Below, piece by piece: positions 1-9,599 of a stretch of DNA of 64,000 bases. The translations under genes were made by a program, and so were the position numbers. The notes beneath the pieces were generated by a model that worked only from the letters and a program-made list of their open reading frames with translations, was not told the DNA's origin and ran no database searches. Source of the DNA: Sphingopyxis sp. (lineage in GTDB: Bacteria > Pseudomonadota > Alphaproteobacteria > Sphingomonadales > Sphingomonadaceae); the NCBI RefSeq assembly GCF_040216815.1, contig NZ_JAVJOJ010000001.1:129229-193228 (forward strand). Direction: 5' to 3'. Position 1 is the stretch's first letter, and each line of letters begins with the position of its first letter.

Positions 1-3
1 TAT

Positions 4-89
4 CGTCATGCTGAGCTTGATTCAGCATCCACTCTTCCCGGCCCGCAAGGCGAGCACCGAATGGATCCCGGATCAAGTCCGGGATGACG
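4..89. repeat. CGTC-tagged REP-like doublet
   Basis: CGTCATGCTGAGCTTGATTCAGCATCCA ... TGGATCCCGGATCAAGTCCGGGATGACG: two inverted hairpins, each with a terminal CGTC tag. Confidence 0.85.
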
Positions 90-105
90 ATGAAAAAGGA
101 TCGGC

Positions 106-909
106 TCAGGCGTCGATGCTGGTCTTCAAATCGCCGTGCACCAGCCCGCCGTCGACGGTGATCGTGTCGCCGACGACATAGTCACCCGCCTTCGACGCGA
201 GAAAGATCGCGGCGCCCGCCATATCTTCGGGCACGCCGATACGCTTCACCGGGATGCTCTGTGCCACCGCATCGCCATGATCGCGCGCGGCCTTGTTCAT
301 GTCCGACTGGAAGGCACCCGGCGCGATCGCGGTGACGAGTATATGGTCGGTGACAAGGCGCGCAGCCATGCGCTTGGTCAGATAGAGGATCGCCGCCTTG
401 GACGCATGATAGCTGTAGGTTTCCCAGGGATTGAGGCGCATCCCGTCGATCGAGCCGATGTTGATCACCTTGGCGGGGCGCTCGGCGGTGCCACCGGCCT
501 TGAGCAGCCCGTGCAGCGCCTGCGTCAGGAAGAAGGGCGATTTGACGTTGATGTCCATCACCTTGTCCCAGCCCGCTTCGGGAAAGCCCTCGAACGGTTC
601 GCCCCAGGCGGCACCCGCATTGTTGACGAGGATGTCGAGCCGCTCTTCACGCGCTTCGAGTTCCTTCGCAAGCGCACGGCACCCCTCGACGGTCGAGAGG
701 TCGACGGGAAGGCCGACGACCTTGCCGGGGTAGCGCGTGTCGAAATCGGCGACGGCATCCTCGATCTGCGCCGTCTTGCGCGCCGAGATATAGACGCGCG
801 CGCAGCCCGCGGCGAGATAGCCCTCGACGATCATCTTGCCGATCCCGCGCGAGCCGCCGGTGACGAGCGCGATGCGGCCGTCGAGGCCGAACATGGTGTT
901 GAGATTCAT
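106..909 (-). CDS. Short-chain dehydrogenase/reductase (RhlG-like SDR)
   Basis: TGGSRGIG, NNAG and YHASK motifs. Confidence 0.9.
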   Translation of the reverse strand: MNLNTMFGLDGRIALVTGGSRGIGKMIVEGYLAAGCARVYISARKTAQIEDAVADFDTRYPGKVVGLPVDLSTVEGCRALAKELEAREERLDILVNNAGAAWGEPFEGFPEAGWDKVMDINVKSPFFLTQALHGLLKAGGTAERPAKVINIGSIDGMRLNPWETYSYHASKAAILYLTKRMAARLVTDHILVTAIAPGAFQSDMNKAARDHGDAVAQSIPVKRIGVPEDMAGAAIFLASKAGDYVVGDTITVDGGLVHGDLKTSIDA

Positions 910-922
910 TGGTTGGGCTCCT

Positions 923-1059
923 TAAAGCCCCTCCCCTGAAGGGGAGGGGTTGGGGTGGGGTCTCGCGAGGTAGCGCAAGGCCGATAGACCCCACCCCGCT
1001 GCGACTAGAGAACAAGTTCCCAAGTCTCACTACCCCTCCCCTGAAGGGGAGGGGTTTTA
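923..1059. repeat. CCCCTCCC-type palindromic intergenic repeat (MITE/REP-like), long variant
   Basis: Two identical CCCCTCCCC-TGAA-GGGGAGGGG hairpins with inner GGGGTGGGG/CCCCACCCC arms. Confidence 0.85.
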
Positions 1060-1065
1060 GGTCGT

Positions 1066-2184
1066 TTAGTATCCGTTCATCCGGGCGACCTGGTCGATGT
1101 GATAATGGACATCGCCCATAAATTCGGCGAGCGCGCGGTCGCGCTTCATATAGAGGCCGATATCATATTCGTCGGTCATGCCGATGCCGCCGTGCATCTG
1201 GACGCCTTCGCGCACCGCGAGATTGGCGGCGCGGCCGGCCTTCGCCTTGGCGACCGAGACCATCAGCTTGGCGCCCTCGCTGCCCTCGTCGAGCAATTGC
1301 TGCGCCTTCATCACGGTGGCACGCGCGACTTCCATTTCGCCATAGAGATGCGCGGCGCGGTGCTGGAGGCCCTGGAACTCGCCGATCAGTTTCCCGAACT
1401 GCTTGCGTTCCTTGAGATAATTGACGGTCATGTCCATCGCACCCTGCCCGACCCCGACCATTTCGGCGGCAGCGCCGGTGCGCGTCGCAGCGAGCAGCGC
1501 GTCGAGGATCTCGCCGCCGGCATCGACCTCGCCGATCACGGCGTCGGCATCGACCTCGACCCCGTCCAGCGTGACATGGCTGGCAAGCGAGGAGTCGACG
1601 AGACGGCGCGGATCGGCGGTCATGCCCTTCGCATCCTTCGGCACCGCGAACAGCGTGATGCCGCCGTCCGTTTTCGCCGCGACGATGCTCATGTCGGCGA
1701 CATGGCCGTGGAGGACGAAGCTCTTTTTGCCGTCGAGGCGAAAGCCGTTGCCGGCGCGCGTCGCAGTCGTCGCGATACGGTCGGGGCGGTGCTTCGCGCC
1801 CTCGTCGATCGCGAGCGCGACGATCGCCTCGCCGCCCGCGATTGCGGGAAGCCAGCGGCCCGCCTGCGTACCCCCCGCCTTTGCGAGCGCGGCAACCGCG
1901 CCGACGCTGGTAGCGAGGAAGGGCGACGGGGTCAGGTTGCGGCCGATTTCCTCGAGCACGATGCCCGCTTCCATATGCCCCATGCCGAGCCCGCCATGCG
2001 CCTCGGGAACGAGCATGCCGGGGAGGCCCATTTCGGTGAACTGCGCCCAAAGCTCGCGCGAAAAGCCGGTGGCGTCGGCGCTGTCGCGAAGGCTGCGCAG
2101 GTGCGACACCGGCGCCTGTTCGGCCATGAAGGGCGCGACGCTGTCCTTGAGCATCGCCTGGTCGTCATTGTGATACAAGGGCAT
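1066..2184 (-). CDS. Acyl-CoA dehydrogenase, small subunit type (PimD-like)
   Basis: ACAD fold motifs (RKQFGKLIGEFQ, QMHGGIG); 3 bp downstream of its partner ACAD. Confidence 0.85.
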   Translation of the reverse strand: MPLYHNDDQAMLKDSVAPFMAEQAPVSHLRSLRDSADATGFSRELWAQFTEMGLPGMLVPEAHGGLGMGHMEAGIVLEEIGRNLTPSPFLATSVGAVAALAKAGGTQAGRWLPAIAGGEAIVALAIDEGAKHRPDRIATTATRAGNGFRLDGKKSFVLHGHVADMSIVAAKTDGGITLFAVPKDAKGMTADPRRLVDSSLASHVTLDGVEVDADAVIGEVDAGGEILDALLAATRTGAAAEMVGVGQGAMDMTVNYLKERKQFGKLIGEFQGLQHRAAHLYGEMEVARATVMKAQQLLDEGSEGAKLMVSVAKAKAGRAANLAVREGVQMHGGIGMTDEYDIGLYMKRDRALAEFMGDVHYHIDQVARMNGY

Positions 2185-2187
2185 GGG

Positions 2188-3369
2188 TCAGGCTCCGGGC
2201 AGGTCGAGGATACGCTTGGCGATGACGTTGAGCATCACCTCGCTCGTCCCGCCTTCGATCGAATTGGCCTTGGTGCGCAGCCAGCTGCGCGCGCGCGCGC
2301 CGCCCTTGCTTTCTTTGCTGTCCCATTCGAGCGCGTCGCTGCCGCCCCCCGCCATGACGAGTTCGTGACGGCGCTTGTTGAGTTCGGTGCCAACATATTT
2401 CATCATGTTCGAGCTGGCGGGGTGCGCGCGGCCGGTCTTCCACATGTCCATGAAGCGTTCGCCCATCGCGCGATAGGCAAAGACATCGACGTCGAACGCC
2501 GCCATTTCAGCGCGCAGGATGGGATCGTCGAGCTCGCCAGCGGCATTTTTGCCAAAGGATTTGGCGAAGGCGCCGCCGATGCTGACCATGTCGCCGCCCG
2601 CACCGCCGCCCGAAATCATCTCGCGTTCGTGGCCGAGCAGATATTTGGCGACGTCCCAGCCGCGATTGACCTCGCCGACGAACTGGTCCTTCGGCACCTT
2701 CACATCGTCGAAGAAGGTTTCGCAGAAGGGCGAATTTCCCGAAATCAGCAGGATCGGCTTGGTCGAGACACCGGGGCTATCCATGTCGAAAAGCATGAAG
2801 GTGATGCCCTGATATTTGTTCGCCTTGTCGGTGCGGACGAGGCAGAAGATCCAGTCGGCCTTGTCGGCATAGCTGGTCCAGATCTTGCTGCCGTTGACGA
2901 CCCAGTGATCGCCCTGGTCCTCGCCGAACGTCTGCAAGGACACGAGGTCGCTGCCCGATCCGGGTTCCGAATAGCCCTGGCACCAGCGGATTTCGCCGCG
3001 CGCAATCTGGTTCAGATAATGGACCTTCTGCTCTTCGGTGCCGAATTTGAGCAATGCAGGGCCGAGCATCCAGATACCGAAGCTGTCGAGCGGCGAACGC
3101 GCGCCGATGCGCTTCATTTCCTGTTTGAGGATCTTGGTCTGTTCGGGCGTAAGACCGGCGCCGCCATAGGGCTTGGGCCAGTCGGGCACCGTATAGCCCT
3201 TGGCCACGCACGCATCGAGCCACGCCTTCTGGGCGTCATTCTTGAACACCCATTTGCGGCCGCCCCAGCAGACATCGTCCTCGTCGCGCACGGGCTCGCG
3301 CATTTCGGGCGGACAATTCGCCTCCAGCCATTCGCGCACCTCGGTGCGGAACGCGTCCAGTTCGCTCAT
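2188..3369 (-). CDS. Acyl-CoA dehydrogenase, large subunit type (PimC-like)
   Basis: WCQGYSEPGSGSDL and SIEGGTSEV motifs. Confidence 0.88.
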   Translation of the reverse strand: MSELDAFRTEVREWLEANCPPEMREPVRDEDDVCWGGRKWVFKNDAQKAWLDACVAKGYTVPDWPKPYGGAGLTPEQTKILKQEMKRIGARSPLDSFGIWMLGPALLKFGTEEQKVHYLNQIARGEIRWCQGYSEPGSGSDLVSLQTFGEDQGDHWVVNGSKIWTSYADKADWIFCLVRTDKANKYQGITFMLFDMDSPGVSTKPILLISGNSPFCETFFDDVKVPKDQFVGEVNRGWDVAKYLLGHEREMISGGGAGGDMVSIGGAFAKSFGKNAAGELDDPILRAEMAAFDVDVFAYRAMGERFMDMWKTGRAHPASSNMMKYVGTELNKRRHELVMAGGGSDALEWDSKESKGGARARSWLRTKANSIEGGTSEVMLNVIAKRILDLPGA

Positions 3370-3415
3370 CCTTTTGGCTCCTCTTCTGCCCGCAAATCTA
3401 AGTCCGCTTCGCTAC

Positions 3416-3431
3416 TTTACGCAAGCGTCAA
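3416..3431. promoter_or_regulatory. Putative LiuR-type (MerR family) operator
   Basis: TTTACGC-AA-GCGTCAA versus consensus TTTACGT-ww-ACGTAAA, in the divergent promoter region. Confidence 0.6.
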
Positions 3432-3542
3432 CTTGGAGCGCCGTACCTGCCGTTACGGCGCCGTAGCGTCGGATCGACCGCCGTTGACGCGGCTCATCGC
3501 ACGCCTAAGCTGAGTAGCAAAAGAAAACGGGAGAATGGGTCT

Positions 3543-4400
3543 ATGCGATTCGCGGGCAAGGTAGCCGTCGTCACCGGCGCGGCGTCGGGCATCGGCAAGG
3601 CAGCGGTGTTGAAGCTGGCGAGCGAAGGCGCACATGTCTTCGCCGCCGACATCGACGAAGCGGGCGGACGCGCGCTCGCCGAGCAATCGAACGGCAGGAT
3701 CGACTTCGTCCGCTGCGACGTCACCGTGGCGAGCGACATCGAGGTGCTGATGAACACCGCCGCCGAACGCGCGGGCGGGATCGACATCGTCTTCAACAAT
3801 GCCGCCGCGGGCGGCGACCGCGCCCCGATCGACGAGATCACGCCCGAAGGCTGGGACCGCACGATGGACCTGGTGCTGAAATCGGTCGCGATGGGCATCC
3901 GTTATGCGAGCCCGCACATGAAGCATCGCAAGGGCGCGAGCATCGTCAACACCGCGAGCGTCGCCGCACTCGGCGCGGGCTATTCGCCGATCGCCTATGC
4001 CGTCGCAAAAGCCGGGGTGCTGCACCTGTCGAAAGTCGCAGCGACCGATCTCGCGCAATATGGCATTCGCGTGAACGCGATCTGCCCCGGCTTCATCAAC
4101 ACCAATATCTTCACCGCATCGCTCGAGGTGCCGGGCGAGCTCAAGACACAGGCCAATGCGGTGATCGCCGAGATGAGCGCGAAGGCGCAGCCGGTGGCGC
4201 GCGGCGGCCAGCCCGATGACATCGCCAACGCCGTCGCCTATCTCGCGAGCGAGGAAAGCTCGTTCATGACGGGGACGCATCTGCTCGTCGACGGGGGGCT
4301 GACCATCGGCCAGCGCCATGCGTGGGATCCCGAAACGCCGGGGATGTTCGACGCGCTGATCGCCATGGAGGAGGCCGCGAAGGCCGAGACCGCAGCGTGA
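3543..4400 (+). CDS. SDR family oxidoreductase
   Basis: TGAASGIG, FNNA and YAVAK motifs. Confidence 0.9.
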   Translation: MRFAGKVAVVTGAASGIGKAAVLKLASEGAHVFAADIDEAGGRALAEQSNGRIDFVRCDVTVASDIEVLMNTAAERAGGIDIVFNNAAAGGDRAPIDEITPEGWDRTMDLVLKSVAMGIRYASPHMKHRKGASIVNTASVAALGAGYSPIAYAVAKAGVLHLSKVAATDLAQYGIRVNAICPGFINTNIFTASLEVPGELKTQANAVIAEMSAKAQPVARGGQPDDIANAVAYLASEESSFMTGTHLLVDGGLTIGQRHAWDPETPGMFDALIAMEEAAKAETAA

Positions 4401-5869
4401 GCGCCCCGTCTGTGCACGCCCCTGCGCACGCCCCGGTCGCCGAGCGCCTGCCGGTGCGGCTGAAGGTGATGCACGGCCTCGGCAGCCTCGCCTATGGCGT
4501 CAAGGAGAATGGCTTTTCGACCTTTCTCCTGCTCTTCTACAATCAGGTGGTGGGGCTCGACGCGAGCCTTGTCGGCGGGGCGATCATGGCCGCGCTGATC
4601 TTCGACGCCTTTGTCGATCCGGTCATCGGCGAGCTCACCGACCGCACGCGCAGCCGCTGGGGACGGCGCCTGCCCTGGCTTTATGCCGCGCCATTGCCGC
4701 TGGCGATCGCGTGGATGCTGCTGTGGAGCCCGCCCGCAATGAGCGACGCGGCGACGGTTGCATGGCTGATTGCACTGGCGATCGTCGTCCGCACGCTCGT
4801 TTCGATGTGCGAAGTGCCGTCGGTCGCGATCGTCCCCGAACTCACCGCCGATTATGACGAACGCACGGTGGTGATGCGCTATCGCTTTCTGTTCGGCTGG
4901 GGCGGCGGGCTGGTCATCCTGTTCCTCGCCTATGGCGTGTTTTTCGGCGGCGAAAAGGGGCTGGTCGATCCGGCGGGCTATTTCCCCTATGCGCTCACCG
5001 GCGCGCTGATCATGCTCGGCGCCGTGCTGCTGTCCGCGCTTGGCCAGCATAAGCGCATTGCCGTGTCGAACCGCGATCAGGTCGTGCCGAGGGCCAGCCT
5101 GTCGCACATCGCCCGCGAGATGCGCGCAACGCTGTCGAACCGCGCTTTCCTGTGGCTGGTGTTCGCCGCGCTGTTCGGATTCGTCAACCAGGGCATCACC
5201 TTTTCGCTTACCAATTATCTGCTCGGCTTTTTCTGGCAGCTCGATCAGGGCGAGTTCGTCGCCTATCCGCTGATGCTTTTCGGGACGATGATCGCCGCCT
5301 TCCTGCTTGTCGCGCCGATCGCCGCGCGGCTGGGCAAGCGCGACGCGGCGATCCTTGCCGGCGCGATCGCGCTGGCGGTGAACAGCGGCCTCTATCTTTC
5401 CTATATCCAGGGCATCTTCCCCGGCCTGCCCGGCAAGCCGAGCATTGCCGCGATGTTCGCCTTTGTCTTTGTCGGAAACACATTTTCGATCATCCTGATG
5501 ATCCTGTCATCGTCGATGATGGCCGATGTCGTCGAAGCGTCGCAGAGCGAAACGGGGCGGCGATCCGAAGGGCTGTTCTTCGCGGGATATTTCTTCATGC
5601 AGAAATGCGCGACGGGGATCGGCATCGGCGTCGCCGGGCTGATCCTGTCGCTGGCGGACTTTCCGCCGGCGGCGCGCCCCGGCGAGGTCGGCGATTCGGT
5701 GCTGAACAATCTCGCGCTCGGCTATATGCTCGCGATCCTTGTCATCGGAAGTCTGGGACTCGTTGTGATGCGGCGCTTTCCGATCTCGCGCGCTGACCAT
5801 GAAGCGCGGCTGGCCTTGCTCGATGACGCCGCGCGCGCCGAACCCGACGCGACCGCGGCGCATCCGTAG
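4397..5869 (+). CDS. MFS transporter (GPH/MelB-like)
   Basis: About 12 TM helices, DPVIGELTDRTRSRWGRR motif; GTG start overlaps the upstream stop (GTGA). Confidence 0.85.
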   Translation: MSAPSVHAPAHAPVAERLPVRLKVMHGLGSLAYGVKENGFSTFLLLFYNQVVGLDASLVGGAIMAALIFDAFVDPVIGELTDRTRSRWGRRLPWLYAAPLPLAIAWMLLWSPPAMSDAATVAWLIALAIVVRTLVSMCEVPSVAIVPELTADYDERTVVMRYRFLFGWGGGLVILFLAYGVFFGGEKGLVDPAGYFPYALTGALIMLGAVLLSALGQHKRIAVSNRDQVVPRASLSHIAREMRATLSNRAFLWLVFAALFGFVNQGITFSLTNYLLGFFWQLDQGEFVAYPLMLFGTMIAAFLLVAPIAARLGKRDAAILAGAIALAVNSGLYLSYIQGIFPGLPGKPSIAAMFAFVFVGNTFSIILMILSSSMMADVVEASQSETGRRSEGLFFAGYFFMQKCATGIGIGVAGLILSLADFPPAARPGEVGDSVLNNLALGYMLAILVIGSLGLVVMRRFPISRADHEARLALLDDAARAEPDATAAHP

Positions 5870-5950
5870 CGGAAAATGTCCGTGGTCAGTCGCTTTGGCG
5901 CAATTTTCGGGCGGCAGGGGTTGGCAAAGGGGGCCGAATCGGTCCAAAGG

Positions 5951-5966
5951 CTTACGTGAACGTAAA
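5951..5966. promoter_or_regulatory. Putative LiuR-type operator
   Basis: CTTACGT-GA-ACGTAAA, 17 bp upstream of the ACAD ATG. Confidence 0.65.
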
Positions 5967-5983
5967 GGGAAAGGAAGCACGCG

Positions 5984-7273
5984 ATGGATTTCGACCTCAC
6001 CGAACGGCAGAAGCATTGGCAGGGCCGTGTGCGCGAATTCATCGAGCGCAAGGTTCGCCCGGCGGTGCCGACCTATTATGAACAGGATGCCCAGGGCGAC
6101 CGCTGGAAGGTCATCCAGGTCGTCGAGGATCTGAAGGCCGAGGCGAAAGCAGCGGGCATCTGGAACCTGTTCATGCCGCCGCGCAGCGCGGCGCACCACC
6201 ATGTCGACGAGACGTTCGAGTTCGAGGGGCCCGGCCTCACCAACCTCGAATATGCGCTCTGCGCCGAAGAAATGGGCCGCATCGGCTTTGCGAGCGAGGT
6301 GTTCAACTGCTCGGCGCCCGACACGGGCAATATGGAGGTGTTCCATCGTTACGGCACCCGCGCGCAGAAGGACAAATATCTAAGGCCGCTGATGGAAGGC
6401 GAGATCCGCTCGGCCTTTCTGATGACCGAGCCGCAGGTTGCCTCGTCCGACGCGACCAATATCGAAACGCGGATCGAGCGCGATGGCGACGATTATGTGA
6501 TCAACGGCACCAAATGGTGGTCGTCGGGCGCGGGCGATCCGCGCTGCAAGGTCGCGATCGTGATGGGCAAGACCGATTTCGGCGCGAAGCGCCACCAGCA
6601 GCAGTCGATGCTCGTCGTCCCGCTCGACGCGCCGGGGATCACCATCAAGCGGCATCTGCCCGTCTTCGGCTATGACGACGCGCCGCACGGCCATATGGAA
6701 ATCGAGTTGAAGGACGTGCGCGTCAATGCCGAGGAAGCGATGCTGCTCGGCGAAGGCCGCGGGTTCGAGATCGCGCAGGGCCGCCTGGGGCCGGGGCGTA
6801 TCCACCATTGTATGCGCACGATCGGCGTCGCCGAGGAAGCGCTTTCCAAAATGTGCAAGCGGCTGCAATCGCGCGTCGCGTTCGGCAAGACGATCGCCGA
6901 GCACAGCATCTGGGAACAGCGCATCGCGCGCGCGCGCATCGACATCGAAATGACGCGCCTGCTCTGCCTCAAGGCCGCCGACATGATGGACAAGGTCGGC
7001 AACAAGTCCGCCGCGGCCGAGATCGCGATGATCAAGGTGCAGGCGCCGAATATGGCGCTTTCGATCATCGACGACGCCATCCAGGCGCATGGCGCGGCGG
7101 GCGTGTCGAATGATTTCGGGCTCGCCAACGCCTATGCCCATCAGCGTACGCTGCGCCTCGCCGACGGTCCCGACGAGGTCCACGCGCGCGCGATCGCGCG
7201 GATCGAGTTCGCAAAGCATTCGGCGGCAGCCGATCCCGGTTTTTCGTCGGGCGACATCGGCGTTTCGCGATAA
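5984..7273 (+). CDS. Acyl-CoA dehydrogenase, ACAD10/11 (LvaC-like) family
   Basis: [27 protein letters not shown] and LADGPDEVH motifs. Confidence 0.88.
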   Translation: MDFDLTERQKHWQGRVREFIERKVRPAVPTYYEQDAQGDRWKVIQVVEDLKAEAKAAGIWNLFMPPRSAAHHHVDETFEFEGPGLTNLEYALCAEEMGRIGFASEVFNCSAPDTGNMEVFHRYGTRAQKDKYLRPLMEGEIRSAFLMTEPQVASSDATNIETRIERDGDDYVINGTKWWSSGAGDPRCKVAIVMGKTDFGAKRHQQQSMLVVPLDAPGITIKRHLPVFGYDDAPHGHMEIELKDVRVNAEEAMLLGEGRGFEIAQGRLGPGRIHHCMRTIGVAEEALSKMCKRLQSRVAFGKTIAEHSIWEQRIARARIDIEMTRLLCLKAADMMDKVGNKSAAAEIAMIKVQAPNMALSIIDDAIQAHGAAGVSNDFGLANAYAHQRTLRLADGPDEVHARAIARIEFAKHSAAADPGFSSGDIGVSR

Positions 7274-7280
7274 ACTTTCT

Positions 7281-7376
7281 TCCCTCCCGCTTGCGGGAGG
7301 GCCGGGGGAGGGCGTGTTGCTCTCCCGTCCGGAACCGACATGCCCTCCCCTAGCCCCTGCCGCACGCGGGAGGGGG
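7281..7376. repeat. CCCTCCC-type palindromic intergenic repeat
   Basis: CCCTCCCGCTTGCGGGAGGG-CCGGGGGAGGG ... CCCTCCCCTAG-CCCCTGCCGCACGCGGGAGGGG. Confidence 0.85.
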
Positions 7377-7393
7377 ACTGAACGGAGATTTGA

Positions 7394-8485
7394 ATGACCA
7401 GAGCCGCAATCCTGATCGAACCCGGCAAACCCTTGTCGGTCGAGGATGTCGTCGTCGACAAACCCGGCCCGCACGAGGTCCGCATCCGTACCGCCGCGTG
7501 CGGGCTTTGCCATTCGGACCTGCATTTCATCGACGGCGCTTATCCGCACCCCCTTCCTGCAATCCCTGGCCATGAAGCGGCGGGGATCGTCGAGGCGGTC
7601 GGCAGCGAGGTTCGCACGGTGAAGGTCGGCGATGCGGTCGTCACCTGTCTGTCGGCCTTTTGCGGCCACTGCGAATTTTGCGTCACCGGGCGCATGTCGC
7701 TGTGCATGGGGGGCGACACGCGGCGCCCCGCCGGATCGGCGCCGCGCATCACGCGCCCCGACGGGTCGCCGGTCAATCAGATGCTCAACCTCAGCGCCTT
7801 TTCGGAGGTGATGCTGGTCCACGAACATGCGTGCGTCGCGATCGACCCCGACATGCCGCTCGACCGCGCCGCGGTAATCGGCTGCGCGGTGACGACGGGC
7901 GCCGGAACAATCTTCAACGCGTGCAAGGTGACGCCGGGTGAGACCGTTGCGGTGGTCGGGTGCGGCGGCGTCGGGCTGGCCACCATCAACGCAGCGAAAA
8001 TCGCGGGTGCGGGGCGCATCATCGCCGCCGACCCGGTTCCCGAAAAGCGCGAGCTGGCGATGAAGCTGGGCGCGACCGATGTGGTCGATGCGCTGTCGGA
8101 CGATGCCGCCAAGCAGATCGTCGAAATCAGCAAGGGCGGGGTCGACCATGCGATCGAGGCGGTCGGACGCCCTGCGTCGGCGAACCTCGCGGTGGCCTCG
8201 CTCCGCCGCGGCGGCACCGCGACGATCCTGGGAATGATGCCACTCAGCGAAAAGGTCGGGCTTGGCGCGATGGACCTTCTGTCGGGCAAGAAACTGCAGG
8301 GCGCGATCATGGGCGGCAACCGCTTCCCCGTCGACATCCCGCGGCTGGTCGATTTTTACCTGCGCGGACTGCTCGATCTCGACTCGATCGTCGCCGAGAC
8401 GATCCCGCTCGATCGGATCAACGAAGGGTTCGACAAAATGAAGAAGGGCGACGCCGCACGGTCGGTGATCGTGTTCGACCAATGA
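7394..8485 (+). CDS. Zn-dependent alcohol dehydrogenase (MDR)
   Basis: CHSD, GHEAAG, structural-Zn CGHCEFC..C and GCGGVG motifs. Confidence 0.9.
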   Translation: MTRAAILIEPGKPLSVEDVVVDKPGPHEVRIRTAACGLCHSDLHFIDGAYPHPLPAIPGHEAAGIVEAVGSEVRTVKVGDAVVTCLSAFCGHCEFCVTGRMSLCMGGDTRRPAGSAPRITRPDGSPVNQMLNLSAFSEVMLVHEHACVAIDPDMPLDRAAVIGCAVTTGAGTIFNACKVTPGETVAVVGCGGVGLATINAAKIAGAGRIIAADPVPEKRELAMKLGATDVVDALSDDAAKQIVEISKGGVDHAIEAVGRPASANLAVASLRRGGTATILGMMPLSEKVGLGAMDLLSGKKLQGAIMGGNRFPVDIPRLVDFYLRGLLDLDSIVAETIPLDRINEGFDKMKKGDAARSVIVFDQ

Positions 8486-8531
8486 GGGCGCACGTCCCCC
8501 AATCCTCCCCATCTTCGACGGGGAGGAACAT

Positions 8532-9599
8532 ATGACCCTCGACGCGCAAAAAGCCTTCAGCGGCACCGTCGCGCCCGAGGGCGCCGATGTGCTCGACGAG
8601 GCGAAGCTGACCGCTTGGATGGAAGCGAATGTCGAAGGCTTTGAAGGCCCGCTGACGCAGAGCAAGTTCGCCGGCGGCCAGTCGAACCCGACGTACAAGA
8701 TTGCGGCGCCGTCGGGCAATTATGTCCTGCGGCGCAAGCCCTTCGGCCCGCTGCTCCCGTCCGCCCATGCGGTCGACCGCGAATATAGGGTGCAGGCGGG
8801 CCTCTATAAGATGGGCTTTCCGGTCGCGCGCCAATATGGCCTCTGCACCGATGACAGCGTGGTCGGCAGCTGGTTCTATGTGATGGGCATGGTCGATGGC
8901 CAGACGATCTGGGACGGATCGATGCCGGGATCGACCCCCGAAAATCGCCGCGCCACCTATGACGCGATGATCGATACGCTCGCGGCGCTGCACAATGTCG
9001 ATGTCGAAGCCGCGGGACTGTCGGATTATGGCAAGCCGGGCAATTATTTCGGGCGCCAGGTCGATCGCTGGACGAAGCAGTATAAGCTGTCCGAGACCGA
9101 GACGATGGACGAAATGGAGCAGCTGATCGCTTGGCTGCCGGCGACTTTGCCCGAGCAGACGCGCACCAGCGTCGTCCATGGCGATTATCGCATCGACAAT
9201 ATGATCTTTGCGAAAGACCGGCCGGAGGTGCTCGCGGTGCTCGACTGGGAGCTGTCGACGCTCGGCGATCCGCTCGCCGATTTCACCTATGTCGCGATGG
9301 CGTGGGTCACGGAGAATGGCGGGCGTTCGGGGGTGATGGACGTCGACCGCGCGGACCTCGGCATTCCCGAACTCGACGAGGTGGTCGAACGCTATTGCGC
9401 CGCCACCGGCCGCGACGGCGTACCCGACATGAACTGGTATTTCGCGTATAATTTCTTCCGCCTCGCGGGGATCATGCAGGGGATCAAGAAACGCGTCATC
9501 GACGGCACCGCCTCCTCCGCCCATGCCAAGGCGATGTCCGAACGCGTCCTACCGCTCGCCGAAAAGGCATGGGACTTTGCCCGAAAGGCCGGCGCATGA
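8532..9599 (+). CDS. Phosphotransferase family protein (APH-like; ACAD10/11 N-terminal or LvaA-like)
   Basis: GGQSNPT, AHAVDRE, HGDYRIDN and LDWELSTLGDP motifs. Confidence 0.88.
   Translation: MTLDAQKAFSGTVAPEGADVLDEAKLTAWMEANVEGFEGPLTQSKFAGGQSNPTYKIAAPSGNYVLRRKPFGPLLPSAHAVDREYRVQAGLYKMGFPVARQYGLCTDDSVVGSWFYVMGMVDGQTIWDGSMPGSTPENRRATYDAMIDTLAALHNVDVEAAGLSDYGKPGNYFGRQVDRWTKQYKLSETETMDEMEQLIAWLPATLPEQTRTSVVHGDYRIDNMIFAKDRPEVLAVLDWELSTLGDPLADFTYVAMAWVTENGGRSGVMDVDRADLGIPELDEVVERYCAATGRDGVPDMNWYFAYNFFRLAGIMQGIKKRVIDGTASSAHAKAMSERVLPLAEKAWDFARKAGA

Noticed and set aside
1099-3513. 804-aa plus-strand ORF
   Set aside because: Antisense shadow of two well-supported ACAD genes; no motifs; typical of high-GC DNA
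6380-8719. 779-aa minus-strand ORF (also 12452-14557, 15951-17744, 27874-29679, 46443-48758)
   Set aside because: All lie antisense to clear genes and have no recognisable domains
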